Shown here piece by piece: positions 21,999 to 31,860 of a stretch of DNA of 64,000 nucleotides. The stretch covers positions 25,715 to 89,714 of the forward strand of contig CAURZM010000007.1 of the NCBI GenBank assembly GCA_963529625.1, given 5' to 3'. Each line of letters starts with the position of its first letter. Position 1 is the stretch's first letter. The position numbers and the translations under genes were made by a program. This DNA is from an uncultured Campylobacter sp. (GTDB lineage: Bacteria > Campylobacterota > Campylobacteria > Campylobacterales > Campylobacteraceae). The notes below the pieces were generated by a model. That model was not told the DNA's origin and searched no databases. It worked only from the letters and a program-made list of their open reading frames with translations.

Positions 21999-24845
21999 TT
22001 AACCTCGCTTATTTTTGCTCGCACTTTTCATCGCCGTTAGCTCCTGCGCCAAAAATTCCCCCGTATAGCTACTCGTCTTTTTAAAATCTTTCGCGAGCTT
22101 TTCTGGGGTGCCGCAAGCGACGATCTGTCCGCCGCCTTCGCCGCCTTCGGGCCCCATGTCGATGATGTAATCGCAGTTTTTAATGACGTCCAGATTGTGC
22201 TCGATCACAAAGACGGAATTTCCCAGATCGACCAAATGATGTAACACCGCCACCAAGCGATCTACGTCTGCAAAATGTAGCCCCGTCGTGGGCTCGTCCA
22301 GGATATATAGCGTGTTGCCCGTATCGGTGCGGCTTAGCTCCTTGGCGAGCTTGACGCGCTGTGCCTCGCCGCCGCTAAGCGTCGTGGCGGGCTGGCCTAG
22401 CGAAACGTAGCCAAGGCCGACATCCGCGAGCGTCTTTAGCTTTTGATAAATTTTAGGCACGGCTTTGAAAAACTCGAGCGCCTCGTCGATGCTCATCGCC
22501 AAAACGTCGGCTATGCTTTTGTTTTTGTATAAAATTTCAAGCGTCTGCGCGTTGTATCTCGTGCCGTGACACACGTCGCAAACGACGCTGATATCGGGCA
22601 GGAAGTGCATCTCGATCGTGATCTCGCCCTCGCCCGCGCATTTTTCGCAGCGCCCGCCCTTGACGTTGAAGCTGAAGCGGCCGATCTTGTATCCGCGCAG
22701 CTGCGCTTCCTTCGTCGCGGCAAAAAGCGCGCGGATCTCGTCCATCACCCCCGTGTAGGTCGCGGGATTGCTGCGCGGGGTGCGTCCGATCGGGGTTTGA
22801 TCCAGATAGATCACTTTATCCAGGCTCTCAAGCCCGGAAATTTTAGCGCCCTTTACCGCATGCACTTTCCTAGCGCGATTTAGCTCCTCAAGCGCCGTCG
22901 GCAGGATGGTTTGCAACACCAGCGAGCTCTTGCCGCTGCCGCTAACGCCCGTGATGCCGACTAGATTTCGTAGCGGAAATTTTGCGCAAAGGCCGTGGAT
23001 GTTATTGATATTTACGTTTTTGATACTTAGCCAAAGCTCCTGCTTGCGGTGCTTTTGGTAATTTATCTCCTTTTGGTTGTTCAGATACAGCGCGGTTTGC
23101 GTATTGCTTTTAAGCAAGTGCGCGACGTCTCCTGCGAATACGACCTCGCCGCCTAGATTGCCCGCCCCCGGACCGATATCTACGACGAAGTCCGCCGCCT
23201 CGATCGTCTTTTTATCGTGCTCGACGACGATTACGGAATTTCCTTTTTCTTGCAAGCTTCGCAGCGTCTTGATAAGCTTTTGCGTATCGCGCTCGTGAAG
23301 CCCAATGCTAGGCTCATCAAGCACGTACATCACGCCGCTAAGACCAGAGCCGATCTGGCTTGCGATACGGATACGCTGCGCTTCGCCGCCGCTGATGGTG
23401 CGCGCATCTCGCCCCAGCGTGAGGTATCCAAGCCCCACGTCCTTTAAGAAAAACAGCCTCTCGTTGATCTCTTTTAGGATCGGCGCCGCGATCTGTGCGT
23501 CCTTTTCGCTTAAATTTGAAAACCGCTTTTCATCGCTGAAAAATTCCACGCAGTCTGCGATACTCATATTTATCACGTCTCCGATGCCCTTATTTGCGAC
23601 CTTTACGGCTAGGCTTTCTGGGCGCAGGCGCAGCCCGCCGCAGTCGGGGCAAATTTTTTCGCTCATATAATCGTCCAGATCGCTTTCGTTTTTGAGCAGA
23701 TCGTAGGCGTATTTGATCGCACCCTCAAATTTACGCACGAGCTTATGCTTTTTCCAGTAAAAATCGATCTCTTTGACGCTACCGTAGAGGATCAGCTTTT
23801 TTTGCTCCTCGCTTAAGTTTGCGTACGGGATTTTGACGTTTATGCCGTTTGCTTCGCAAAATCCGAGTAGAAATTTATAATAATAGCTCTTATTAAAGCC
23901 CGACATCACCTTGATCGCACCGCCCTCGATCGAGGCGTTTTCGTTGATGATCTTGCCCAGATCGAGGCTAAATTTTATCCCAAGCCCGTCGCAGCTCTCG
24001 CACGCGCCCTTTGGGGAGTTGAAACTAAACGCGAGCGGCTCGAGCGGCTTGAATGAAATTTTACAATCAAAGCACGCCATATGCTCGCTGTAGTGGATCA
24101 GGCTCTGCGCAAGCCCCAGCTCGGCGGCGTTTGCGATCTCCACCTCAAGCTCGCCGAAGCTAAGCTTGAGCGCCTTTTCGACGTCGCTTGCGATACGGAT
24201 GGAATTTTCCTCGTCGATGATCGTGCGGTCGATGATAACCTTGATCGAGTGCTTTTTCGTCTTGCTTAGCTCGATCTCCTCATCCAGCCGCACCAGTACG
24301 CCGTCGATCTGAGCGCGTACGTAGCCCTGCTCGCGCAAGCTTTGCAACATATCGGCGAAGCTACCCTTTTTCTCGCGCACCAATGGCGCTCCCAAGATCA
24401 CCTTTGCACCGCGCGGCAGCTTCATAATTTCGGCGATGATGTCGCTGGAGCTCATCTTTGAGATCGGTTTGCCGCATTTATGGCAGTGCTGCACCCCCAC
24501 GCGCGCATAAAGCAGCCTCAGATAGTCGTAAATTTCGGTGATCGTGCCCACTGTCGAGCGCGGGTTTTTCGACGTCGTTTTTTGATCGATCGCGATCGCA
24601 GGCGTCAGACCGTCGATCTTATCGACGTCGGGCTTGCCTATGCGGTCTAAAAACTGCCTCGCGTAGCTGCTTAGGCTCTCGACGTATCTGCGCTGCCCCT
24701 CAGCATATAGCGTATCAAACGCCAGCGTGCTCTTGCCGCTGCCGCTAAGACCGGTAAAAACGACGAGTTTATCCTTTGGAATTTGCAAATTTATATTTTT
24801 CAGATTGTGCTCGCGCGCGCCCGTGATGGTGATGAGATCGTTCAT
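21999..24845 (-). CDS. uvrA: Excinuclease ABC subunit A
   Basis: GLSGSGKS and GVSGSGKS Walker A motifs, two (L/I)SGGEAQR signatures and zinc fingers. Start MNDLITITG at 24845, with a minus-strand TATAAT at 24876-24881. Confidence 0.99.
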   Translation of the reverse strand: MNDLITITGAREHNLKNINLQIPKDKLVVFTGLSGSGKSTLAFDTLYAEGQRRYVESLSSYARQFLDRIGKPDVDKIDGLTPAIAIDQKTTSKNPRSTVGTITEIYDYLRLLYARVGVQHCHKCGKPISKMSSSDIIAEIMKLPRGAKVILGAPLVREKKGSFADMLQSLREQGYVRAQIDGVLVRLDEEIELSKTKKHSIKVIIDRTIIDEENSIRIASDVEKALKLSFGELEVEIANAAELGLAQSLIHYSEHMACFDCKISFKPLEPLAFSFNSPKGACESCDGLGIKFSLDLGKIINENASIEGGAIKVMSGFNKSYYYKFLLGFCEANGINVKIPYANLSEEQKKLILYGSVKEIDFYWKKHKLVRKFEGAIKYAYDLLKNESDLDDYMSEKICPDCGGLRLRPESLAVKVANKGIGDVINMSIADCVEFFSDEKRFSNLSEKDAQIAAPILKEINERLFFLKDVGLGYLTLGRDARTISGGEAQRIRIASQIGSGLSGVMYVLDEPSIGLHERDTQKLIKTLRSLQEKGNSVIVVEHDKKTIEAADFVVDIGPGAGNLGGEVVFAGDVAHLLKSNTQTALYLNNQKEINYQKHRKQELWLSIKNVNINNIHGLCAKFPLRNLVGITGVSGSGKSSLVLQTILPTALEELNRARKVHAVKGAKISGLESLDKVIYLDQTPIGRTPRSNPATYTGVMDEIRALFAATKEAQLRGYKIGRFSFNVKGGRCEKCAGEGEITIEMHFLPDISVVCDVCHGTRYNAQTLEILYKNKSIADVLAMSIDEALEFFKAVPKIYQKLKTLADVGLGYVSLGQPATTLSGGEAQRVKLAKELSRTDTGNTLYILDEPTTGLHFADVDRLVAVLHHLVDLGNSVFVIEHNLDVIKNCDYIIDMGPEGGEGGGQIVACGTPEKLAKDFKKTSSYTGEFLAQELTAMKSASKNKRG

Positions 24846-24920
24846 TTTCGCCCTTTTGTGCCAAATTAATCTTACATTATAGCTCAAATTGTTAAAATTG
24901 TGCTTTTGAAAGGGGCGGCG

Positions 24921-26129
24921 ATGATACTAATCTGTACGGCTTTGCGCTGCGAAGCCCAAGCGATAATCGAGAGTTTTAAACTTACTCGCTACGGCGATCT
25001 GTTCGCAGGCGAGCAGATGCTTCTATACATCTGTGGCATGAGGTTTGGGGCTAAATTTGAAGTGGGCGCTGCAGGCGGTATAGAATTTGAGCGCGGGCTT
25101 AGCGCAAACACAGAGTTTGCGAGCGGCGCAGAAATAGAATTTCAGAGCGAGCCCGGCGCAGAATTTATTCGCCGTGCCGATACAGACGCGGAATTCGGGT
25201 GCGAGCTTCGTAAGGATCGGCGCGGTGCGGACGCGAAATTTAAGCACCGTTCGGATGCGGACGCGCTCTGCAGCGGCGATGTAGAGACCGACTTCGCGCA
25301 AAATGCGACCAAAAATTTTGAAATTTCAGATTTTGGCTCCGCGCGAAATTCAGAGCGTTTTGGTGAAATTTTACTTTCGCGGCGCGTGGACTTTGCGCTA
25401 AACATAGGCGTCTGCGGCTGCGCGGATAAAGGCGTGCAAATCGGCGAGGCGTTTTACTTTGACGGCACGGCGACGCAGGAATTTTGCGGCGAGGACGGAT
25501 TGGAATTTTATAACTCGCAGGCGATGGGGCGCGGCGCGCGGGCTCCGAAATTTCAAAACGTTTGCGAGCGTGAATTTTGCGGTGCGAGTTTAGACGGCGG
25601 GCTGCGGGCAAATTTAATCTGCGTAAGCGAGCCTAAAATTTTAAACGTAGCGGAGCGGACCCGTGGGGCAAATGTCGCAGCGATTGAAGCGTGCGGCAAG
25701 ACAAGCTCACAAGCCCTAACGCAAGGGACTAACGGCGCGGCAGATACAAAAAATTTCACGCGCGACGCAGTGCAAGCCGCAACACAAAGCGCGACGCAGG
25801 TCGAGGCGCAAAATTTAGCGAGCGCAAAACCCTCACAAATCGCGGTAGGCGGGCACAGCGTCGCGACGAATACCGCAGCACGAGCAATACAAAATACGCT
25901 GTGCACGGTAAAAGACGCTACCTGCGGGCGCGCAAATCGCGGCATCAGGCTTTACGATATGGAGAGCGCGCTTTTTGTGAACGCTTGCGAGCGTGCGGGC
26001 GTGCCGTGGGCGATGATGAAGATCGTAAGCGATCATTTGGGCGGCGAGCGGCTTTGCAAAAGCTTCGTCTATGAGCTCGTAAAGGCGCGCCTGTCGCAAA
26101 TCCGCGCCGCGGTAAAGAGTAAAATTTAA
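24921..26129 (+). CDS. Nucleoside phosphorylase/MTA-SAH nucleosidase-fold protein with large low-complexity insertions
   Basis: PNP_UDP_1-type motifs in order (ICTALRCEAQAII, ALNIGVCG, LYDMESALF, KIVSDHL), separated by long insertions. Confidence 0.72.
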   Translation: MILICTALRCEAQAIIESFKLTRYGDLFAGEQMLLYICGMRFGAKFEVGAAGGIEFERGLSANTEFASGAEIEFQSEPGAEFIRRADTDAEFGCELRKDRRGADAKFKHRSDADALCSGDVETDFAQNATKNFEISDFGSARNSERFGEILLSRRVDFALNIGVCGCADKGVQIGEAFYFDGTATQEFCGEDGLEFYNSQAMGRGARAPKFQNVCEREFCGASLDGGLRANLICVSEPKILNVAERTRGANVAAIEACGKTSSQALTQGTNGAADTKNFTRDAVQAATQSATQVEAQNLASAKPSQIAVGGHSVATNTAARAIQNTLCTVKDATCGRANRGIRLYDMESALFVNACERAGVPWAMMKIVSDHLGGERLCKSFVYELVKARLSQIRAAVKSKI

Positions 26130-26233
26130 CTACTAGAGCGTATGCAAAAAACCGAGCCGAGAGATGAAATTTTAGCTTCATATGCCGAATACGTCGTGGA
26201 ATTAGAAAGTATTGCATAGTCACAGGAGAAACG

Positions 26234-26707
26234 ATGAAAATAAAAGGCTCTTATCTATGTTTCGCTCTCTTGGCGTGCGCGTGCGTCGCGGCCTGCGCGT
26301 ATGCCGTGGCGGATATGTTCGCGGATCCGCCTTTGTTGGTCTTTTTAGCTCTTTTGCTAGTATTTTTCTGTATCGGGCTATGGTTAAAAGATGCCCTAAT
26401 AGGCGTGCGCTACCTAATTTATTGCGTCTGCGTGCAGCTACTTTTTGCAGCAGCCATATTCGCCGCTCATAAATTCCCCGCCATGGCGCAGTTTGTGCGC
26501 AGTGCCGAGATAGGCGTCGGCGGCGTGCCGCTAGGTATCGCTCTGCTCGTGCTACCCGCGTTTTTCTGCGCCCTGCCGTATTACTACCGAACGGGCGTCA
26601 AAAAAATTCCGCAAAAGCTCATACTCGGCGGAATTTTGATCCTAAACGTCGCTATTACGCTAGCTTACGCCTTCTATTTCGAACGACTATTCTGCGGCGC
26701 GATCTGA
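26234..26707 (+). CDS. Hypothetical membrane protein (about 5 TM helices)
   Basis: AGGAG RBS; highly hydrophobic 157-aa ORF. Confidence 0.7.
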   Translation: MKIKGSYLCFALLACACVAACAYAVADMFADPPLLVFLALLLVFFCIGLWLKDALIGVRYLIYCVCVQLLFAAAIFAAHKFPAMAQFVRSAEIGVGGVPLGIALLVLPAFFCALPYYYRTGVKKIPQKLILGGILILNVAITLAYAFYFERLFCGAI

Positions 26708-26780
26708 AATTTCAACGATTTTCAGTGACGGCGCGCGAAATTTAAGTATAATTTGCAAAATTTAAACGAAGCGGAGCAAG

Positions 26781-28055
26781 ATGACGGAGGCGAAAAAAGA
26801 GCCAGATGCGCAGTTTGGCGTGAATCTAGGCGAGCGATCAAGCGCGTTTTTGGGCGCGCTATTTGATAAATTTCACTTTTCATTTCAGCAACGAAAGCAG
26901 CTTGCGGAGTTTGCGAGCGATTTTGAGGCGTGGGATGAGACCCCCGTTTATGAGCTGCTTGCGGACGGGCAGTGCGGGTTAAATTTTAATAAAGCCAAAT
27001 TTAATAAAGTAGGAAAAGTCCCAAACGGCGAGCAAATTTTTAATTTCGTGCGCGAAGCCTGGCTTGAGCTTAAGTCGCGCCCACACTCATACGCGAGCTT
27101 CAAAAGCGATTACGCGCCGAAAAAATTTGAAATTTCCTCCTTTCGCGCAGAGCGCATCGCTTTGGGCCGCTGTCCGGTGGCGAGTGAAAACACCCGCTGC
27201 TGCAATCTGCTGACGCTTGATGCCGTTAATTCGTGCGGCTTTGACTGCTCCTATTGCGCGATCGGCTCCTTTTACAAGCAGGGGAAAATCGGCTTTGACG
27301 AGAATTTTGCGGCAAATTTGGCGCGGCTGCGGCTCGATCCCGCGCGCAGCTACCACATCGGCACGGGTCAGAGCTCCGACTCGCTCATGTGGGGCGATCG
27401 CTTCGGCATTTTAAGCGCGCTATGCGATTTTGCGGCGCGGCATCAAAACGTGATTTTGGAGCTTAAAAGCAAGTCGAACAATATTAAGTTTTTCCTGCAG
27501 CACGAGATCCCGCGCAACCTAATCGTCACCTTTTCGCTAAATACGCCCGCGATCATAGCGAACGAGGAGCATCTAAGCGCGAGCCTGGATGCGCGGCTGG
27601 CGGCAGCGGAGGCGCTCGCGGCGCGCGGCATTTTGGTGGGTTTTCACCTCCACCCGATGGTTTGGTACGAGGGGTGGCGGAGTGATTACGGCGCGCTTTT
27701 TGAACGGCTGCTACGCTGCTTCGATCCAAGCAGCGTCGCGATGGTCTCGCTCGGCACGCTTACCTTCATCAAACCCGTCGTAAAAAAGCTGCGCTCGCGC
27801 GGGCTTAGGAGTAAAATTCTGCAGATGCCCCTTGCGGACGCGAACGGCAAGCTGTCCTATCCGCTGCAGATCAAACGCGAGCTTTTTAAATTTGCCGCAG
27901 GCGCGCTTTCGCCGTGGCGCGAGCGGGTGTTTTTCTACCTCTGCATGGAGGACGCGAGCCTGTGGCGCGAGGTTTTGGGGCACGAGTACGAAAGCAACGA
28001 CGCATTTGAGGAGGCGATGAAGGCGGCGTATTTTGCAAAGATACGGCAGTGCTAG
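26781..28055 (+). CDS. Spore photoproduct lyase-like radical SAM protein
   Basis: CGFDCSYC (CxxxCxxC), IGTGQSSDSL, LELKSKS, FSLN, VGFHLHP and YLCME motifs. TATAAT at 26747-26752 and a GGAG RBS. Confidence 0.85.
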   Translation: MTEAKKEPDAQFGVNLGERSSAFLGALFDKFHFSFQQRKQLAEFASDFEAWDETPVYELLADGQCGLNFNKAKFNKVGKVPNGEQIFNFVREAWLELKSRPHSYASFKSDYAPKKFEISSFRAERIALGRCPVASENTRCCNLLTLDAVNSCGFDCSYCAIGSFYKQGKIGFDENFAANLARLRLDPARSYHIGTGQSSDSLMWGDRFGILSALCDFAARHQNVILELKSKSNNIKFFLQHEIPRNLIVTFSLNTPAIIANEEHLSASLDARLAAAEALAARGILVGFHLHPMVWYEGWRSDYGALFERLLRCFDPSSVAMVSLGTLTFIKPVVKKLRSRGLRSKILQMPLADANGKLSYPLQIKRELFKFAAGALSPWRERVFFYLCMEDASLWREVLGHEYESNDAFEEAMKAAYFAKIRQC

Positions 28056-28419
28056 ACACGCTGTTTACCGCAGACGTCGCGGTCTGTGCCGGCTCGTATG
28101 CGACGTCAAAGACATGGCGCGAAATTTAGCGGCGAGCGAGTGGTTAAAATTTAGCGGTGCGCCGAGTTTTATAAAATTAAATTTTATAAATCGTGCGGGG
28201 CGGGCACAGAGAGCGGCGATGAAATTTTACAAAGCGGCGGCACAGCAAAACGCCCGCGGGCTAAATTTAAAATTTTACCCAGCGCAGGTCGCGGCGCGGA
28301 TTGTCCAATCGCGCAAATTTAGCGGCAAATACAGCGGGTAATAAATTTAGCGCAGCGAAATTTGCATAGCGCGCTAAGCTTAACGCGCCGAAGCGGCATG
28401 AAAATTTAAAGGAGAAAAG

Positions 28420-29088
28420 ATGAAAGCATTGATCACGGGCGCAAGCGGCGGTATCGGCAGCGCGGTTGCGGAGCTTTTGCGACAAAACGGCTATGAAATT
28501 TTAACGCTAAGCTCGCGCTTTGAGGATACGGACGCGCTAGCGAAGGAGTGCCGCGCGCTGGCTGCGGCGTGTGAGATTGACGCACTGATTTTGTGCGCGG
28601 GTACGGCGAAATTTGCGCCGCTTGAGTCGATGAGCGAGGGCGAAATTTTAAAAATTTTAAACGTAAATCTTGCCGCAAACATCATCATCGCGCGCACGCT
28701 TTTGCCGAATTTAAAGCGCAACCGCGCCCATATCATCGGCATTAGCTCGATCGAGGCGCTGCGGGCGAGCCGCTTTAGCGCGGTTTATAGCGCGAGCAAG
28801 GCGGGGCTGCGGGCGTTTCTGCTCTGTCTTTTCGAGGAGGCGCGCAAGCAGATTAGAGTAAGCTGCATCAACCCGGGCATCACTAAAACGCCGTTTTACG
28901 AGGATTTGAACTTCGAGCCCGCAGATGATGAAGCAAGCTTCGTGGACGCTGAGGAGATCGCAAATTTTACGCTGCAAATTTTACGCACGAAGTCCAACGT
29001 AAGCGAGTTTACGATCCGCCCGCAGATCGTAAATCTGCGGAAAAAATCAAAATTTAATCGCGAAGGAGGCGAGCTTGAAAATCGGTAA
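28420..29088 (+). CDS. Short-chain dehydrogenase/reductase
   Basis: TGASGGIG, ISS, YSASK and INPG motifs; AGGAG RBS. Confidence 0.93.
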   Translation: MKALITGASGGIGSAVAELLRQNGYEILTLSSRFEDTDALAKECRALAAACEIDALILCAGTAKFAPLESMSEGEILKILNVNLAANIIIARTLLPNLKRNRAHIIGISSIEALRASRFSAVYSASKAGLRAFLLCLFEEARKQIRVSCINPGITKTPFYEDLNFEPADDEASFVDAEEIANFTLQILRTKSNVSEFTIRPQIVNLRKKSKFNREGGELENR

Positions 29089-29581
29089 AAGTCATGTTTT
29101 TGTGCTAGCCGTGGCGCTTCTTATTATTTATGCCGTGTTTGTAAGCGGTAGCGGCGGGTATTGTAGCGCGAGAGAATTTTTTTCAGGCAGGCATGATGAA
29201 GAAGATGATGCCTGCATCGCCAAGCTGGTAAAGCGAGCGGACGCGGGTAATATATATGCGGCAAATCGGCTAAGATATCCGCACGAGGCGTATATCAAGC
29301 GCACATGCAAAAAGGAAGTGGAAAGCTTGGGTGAGCGCGAGAGATATTATTTTGAGCTCTACATCCAAAATCGCTGCGAAGCTTGGGGCTTTGAAACGCC
29401 CAAATCAAAGGGCGGCGAAGCAAATACGACGAGCGGCGGCGGTAATTTAGCGCGAGGCGATATGAACGCGACTGACGGCGAGGGAAATTTAACGCGCGAG
29501 AGTGCGAATATAATCCGCAATGAAATAGGCACAATCAAACGCGATATGAATTCTACGGGAGGATTAAATGTCGGGCGATAA
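29075..29581 (+). CDS. Membrane-anchored Cys-containing protein, tandem paralog 1
   Basis: TTG start with GGAGG RBS, N-terminal TM helix, and the core EEDDACIAKLVKRADAG...RLRYP...LGERERYYF. Confidence 0.8.
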   Translation: MKIGKSHVFVLAVALLIIYAVFVSGSGGYCSAREFFSGRHDEEDDACIAKLVKRADAGNIYAANRLRYPHEAYIKRTCKKEVESLGERERYYFELYIQNRCEAWGFETPKSKGGEANTTSGGGNLARGDMNATDGEGNLTRESANIIRNEIGTIKRDMNSTGGLNVGR

Positions 29582-30109
29582 AGCGAAATTGAAAGCTAGT
29601 AAAAGTCAAATTTTTTTGTTAATCGTAGGGGGGTTGTTATTCTGTGCGCCCTATATATAAAAATCAGCGGCTCGTGTTGCAATGTGAGAGAGGTATTTTT
29701 GGGCTATGGCGAAGAAGACGATGCCTGCATCGCTAAGTTAGTAAAGCAAGCGGATGCCGGCGATATCCTAGCGGCAAACAGACTAAGGTATCCGCATGAG
29801 GCGTATATTAAGCGAGTGTGCGAAAAAGGGGTGGAAAGCTTAGGCGAGCGCGAGAGATATTATTTCCAAGATTTTCGAGGAGATCGCTGTGAGAATTTTG
29901 GCTTTAAAACGCCCAAATCAAAGGGCGGCGAAGCAAATACGACGAGTGGTGGCGGTAATTTAACGCGAGGCGATACGAACGTAACGGACGGCGGAGTAAA
30001 TTTAATGCGCGCCGAGGCAAATAACGGCGAAGCCCGCACTACAGGTAGCAAGGCGGACAAAATGAAGCGCGAAGGAAATTCTACGGAAGAACAAAATGCT
30101 GGGCGATAA
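29568..30109 (+). pseudogene. Tandem paralog 2, frameshifted at or near the G6 tract at 29628-29633
   Basis: The 5' frame (ATG 29568 or TTG 29589; KASKSQIFLLIVGG) stops at 29660. The core domain lies in another frame (29684-30109), which is open upstream through VVILCALYIKISGSCCN. One extra base joins the two frames. Confidence 0.75.
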
Positions 30110-30197
30110 GATTAGCCTTGAAGGCGATATCGTAAATTTTATGTCGTTGGTCAAATCTATGAAAAAATGAGTTAAAATTTATTACTCAAGGAAAAAC

Positions 30198-30713
30198 ATG
30201 GTAAAAAAGAGATCTTTAAAAATAAAAGGAAGCATATCGATTGCCATAATCCTGCTTTGGGTTTATTTTTTGATTACGGCGCTGAGCGGTGATAGATACT
30301 GCGGCATATGGGATTATATCGCAAATAGTGAAGAGGATGACGCCTGCATCGCTAAGCTGATAAAGCGCGCAGACGCGGGTAGTGAATTGGCGCTCAATCG
30401 GCTTAGATATCCTAGCAAGGCGTATATCAAGCGCGTATGCGAAAGGGGAGTGGAAAACTTAGGTGAGCGGGAGAGATATTATTTTGAACGTTTAGGCGTA
30501 GGTCGTTGCGAAGCTTTAAATTTTAAAGATAACGAAGCAAATACGACAAGTAGCGGCGGTAATTTAGCGCGAGGCGATACAAACGCAACGAGCGGCGAGG
30601 GAAATTTAACGCGCGCCGAGGCAAATAACGGCGAAGCCCACACTACAGGTAGCAAGGCGGATACGACGAAGCGCGAAGGAAATTCTACGGAAGAGCAAAA
30701 TGCTAGGCGATGA
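30198..30713 (+). CDS. Membrane-anchored Cys-containing protein, tandem paralog 3
   Basis: AAGGA RBS and TM helix; same EEDDACIAKL...GERERYYF core and sequon-rich tail. Confidence 0.8.
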   Translation: MVKKRSLKIKGSISIAIILLWVYFLITALSGDRYCGIWDYIANSEEDDACIAKLIKRADAGSELALNRLRYPSKAYIKRVCERGVENLGERERYYFERLGVGRCEALNFKDNEANTTSSGGNLARGDTNATSGEGNLTRAEANNGEAHTTGSKADTTKREGNSTEEQNARR

Positions 30714-31725
30714 AAATTTAGAAAAATTTTTCTCAAAAATCGACGCGGCGGAGTTTGGAATTTCGGCAGGTTCAAAGCTTGCTTCAAAAAATCCCAAACT
30801 TGCAGAAAGCACTAGAGATGGGAGCGGCGACAAGCCCTTAAAATCACAAGGCGACGCGGAATTTCGCGGCGGACAGCCATATTCTAACGGCGCGCAGCAA
30901 GCTAAAATTTTAAAATTTAATACCGAGCCGCCGTTTGACGCCGAGCAAGCGCGTCTTGATACGGAGCAAGCATACTTAAAATTTAACGTCCGTCCATCGC
31001 AGGCAGGGCTAAGTGTCCATCCGCCGCAGGCACAGTTTGACGCCGAGCGAGCGCAGGCAAAGATCCAAAATTTCATGCGCGATCTGCTGCAAAACTATGT
31101 GCTTTGCGTAAGCGGCGCGGAATTCGCCTTCGCGGAGATCGAGGCGTATTTCACGGGCGCGGATCGAAACACCTACAAGCGCGCGTCGCGGGCGGGCGAG
31201 ATATTTTTTCACAATTTCGGCTTTGACATTTCGTTTCGCAGCGTCCCGCAAAGCGGCGGCGGGATTTTGGTGCGAAGCCTGCGCGTTCTAAGCGGTGCAG
31301 AGCTTTTGGCGGGAGGCTTACCGGTTTTGGCGGGCTGCTTACCCGGCTCGGCAGGCGGCTTGCACGGCTTGGCGGAGAGCGGTTCGTTTGGCTCTGCCGC
31401 CCCGCTCATACAAAACGGCGATTTTATCGCGGGTCCGCGCAAATGCATGGGTAAAATTTTAAATCTGCAAACGCAAAATTTAAACTTCTCTTTAAAGCGT
31501 ATGCCGCAAATAGCGCGTGCAGCGAGCTTTAGCAACCGAATCCGACGGGGTGAAATCGTAAATGAAACGAATCTGGACGCAAATACGCCAAGCGGCGCAG
31601 CGGGCGCGACGAAGCTTGCGAATGAGCCGCGCAGGCTTACCAGCGAGGAGTTTGAGGCATATCTGAGCGTGGGCTACACTGCCGCGAAAACATATAAAAA
31701 ATCACTGCAAAGATATGGGGGCTAA
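30700..31725 (+). CDS. Hypothetical protein, possibly distant AAG/MPG (3-methyladenine DNA glycosylase)-like, with low-complexity insertions
   Basis: FAEIEAYF..D, FFHNFGFDISF, GGILVRSL and IAGPRKC follow the order of the AAG motifs (ETEAY, AVLIRA, GPGKL). Recognised by eye only. Confidence 0.45.
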   Translation: MLGDENLEKFFSKIDAAEFGISAGSKLASKNPKLAESTRDGSGDKPLKSQGDAEFRGGQPYSNGAQQAKILKFNTEPPFDAEQARLDTEQAYLKFNVRPSQAGLSVHPPQAQFDAERAQAKIQNFMRDLLQNYVLCVSGAEFAFAEIEAYFTGADRNTYKRASRAGEIFFHNFGFDISFRSVPQSGGGILVRSLRVLSGAELLAGGLPVLAGCLPGSAGGLHGLAESGSFGSAAPLIQNGDFIAGPRKCMGKILNLQTQNLNFSLKRMPQIARAASFSNRIRRGEIVNETNLDANTPSGAAGATKLANEPRRLTSEEFEAYLSVGYTAAKTYKKSLQRYGG

Positions 31726-31752
31726 ATTTTGATCAAACGGCGCGCAGCGCAC

Positions 31753-31860
31753 GAGCGGTAAAATTTACTGAGCTTTAAGTAGTGGGGGTATAAAATGGCG
31801 CGTCCATCAAATTTAAAGGCGGCGAATGGATCAAAGCAGGCTTGAGGAATTAAGAAAGCT
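31753..31860 (+). repeat. Promoter plus 5' leader module, duplicated at about 52514-52621
   Basis: GAGCG.TAAAATTTACTGAGCTTTAAGT....TATAAAATGG.GCGTCCATCAAATTTAAAGGCG....ATGGATCAAAGCAGGCTTGAGGAATTAAGAAAGCT occurs at both loci and contains a TAAAAT -10-like box. Confidence 0.9.

Noticed and set aside
28033..28341. 102-aa ORF between the radical SAM and SDR genes
   Set aside because: It is a RAATTY-rich spacer translation that overlaps the upstream gene and has no motifs.
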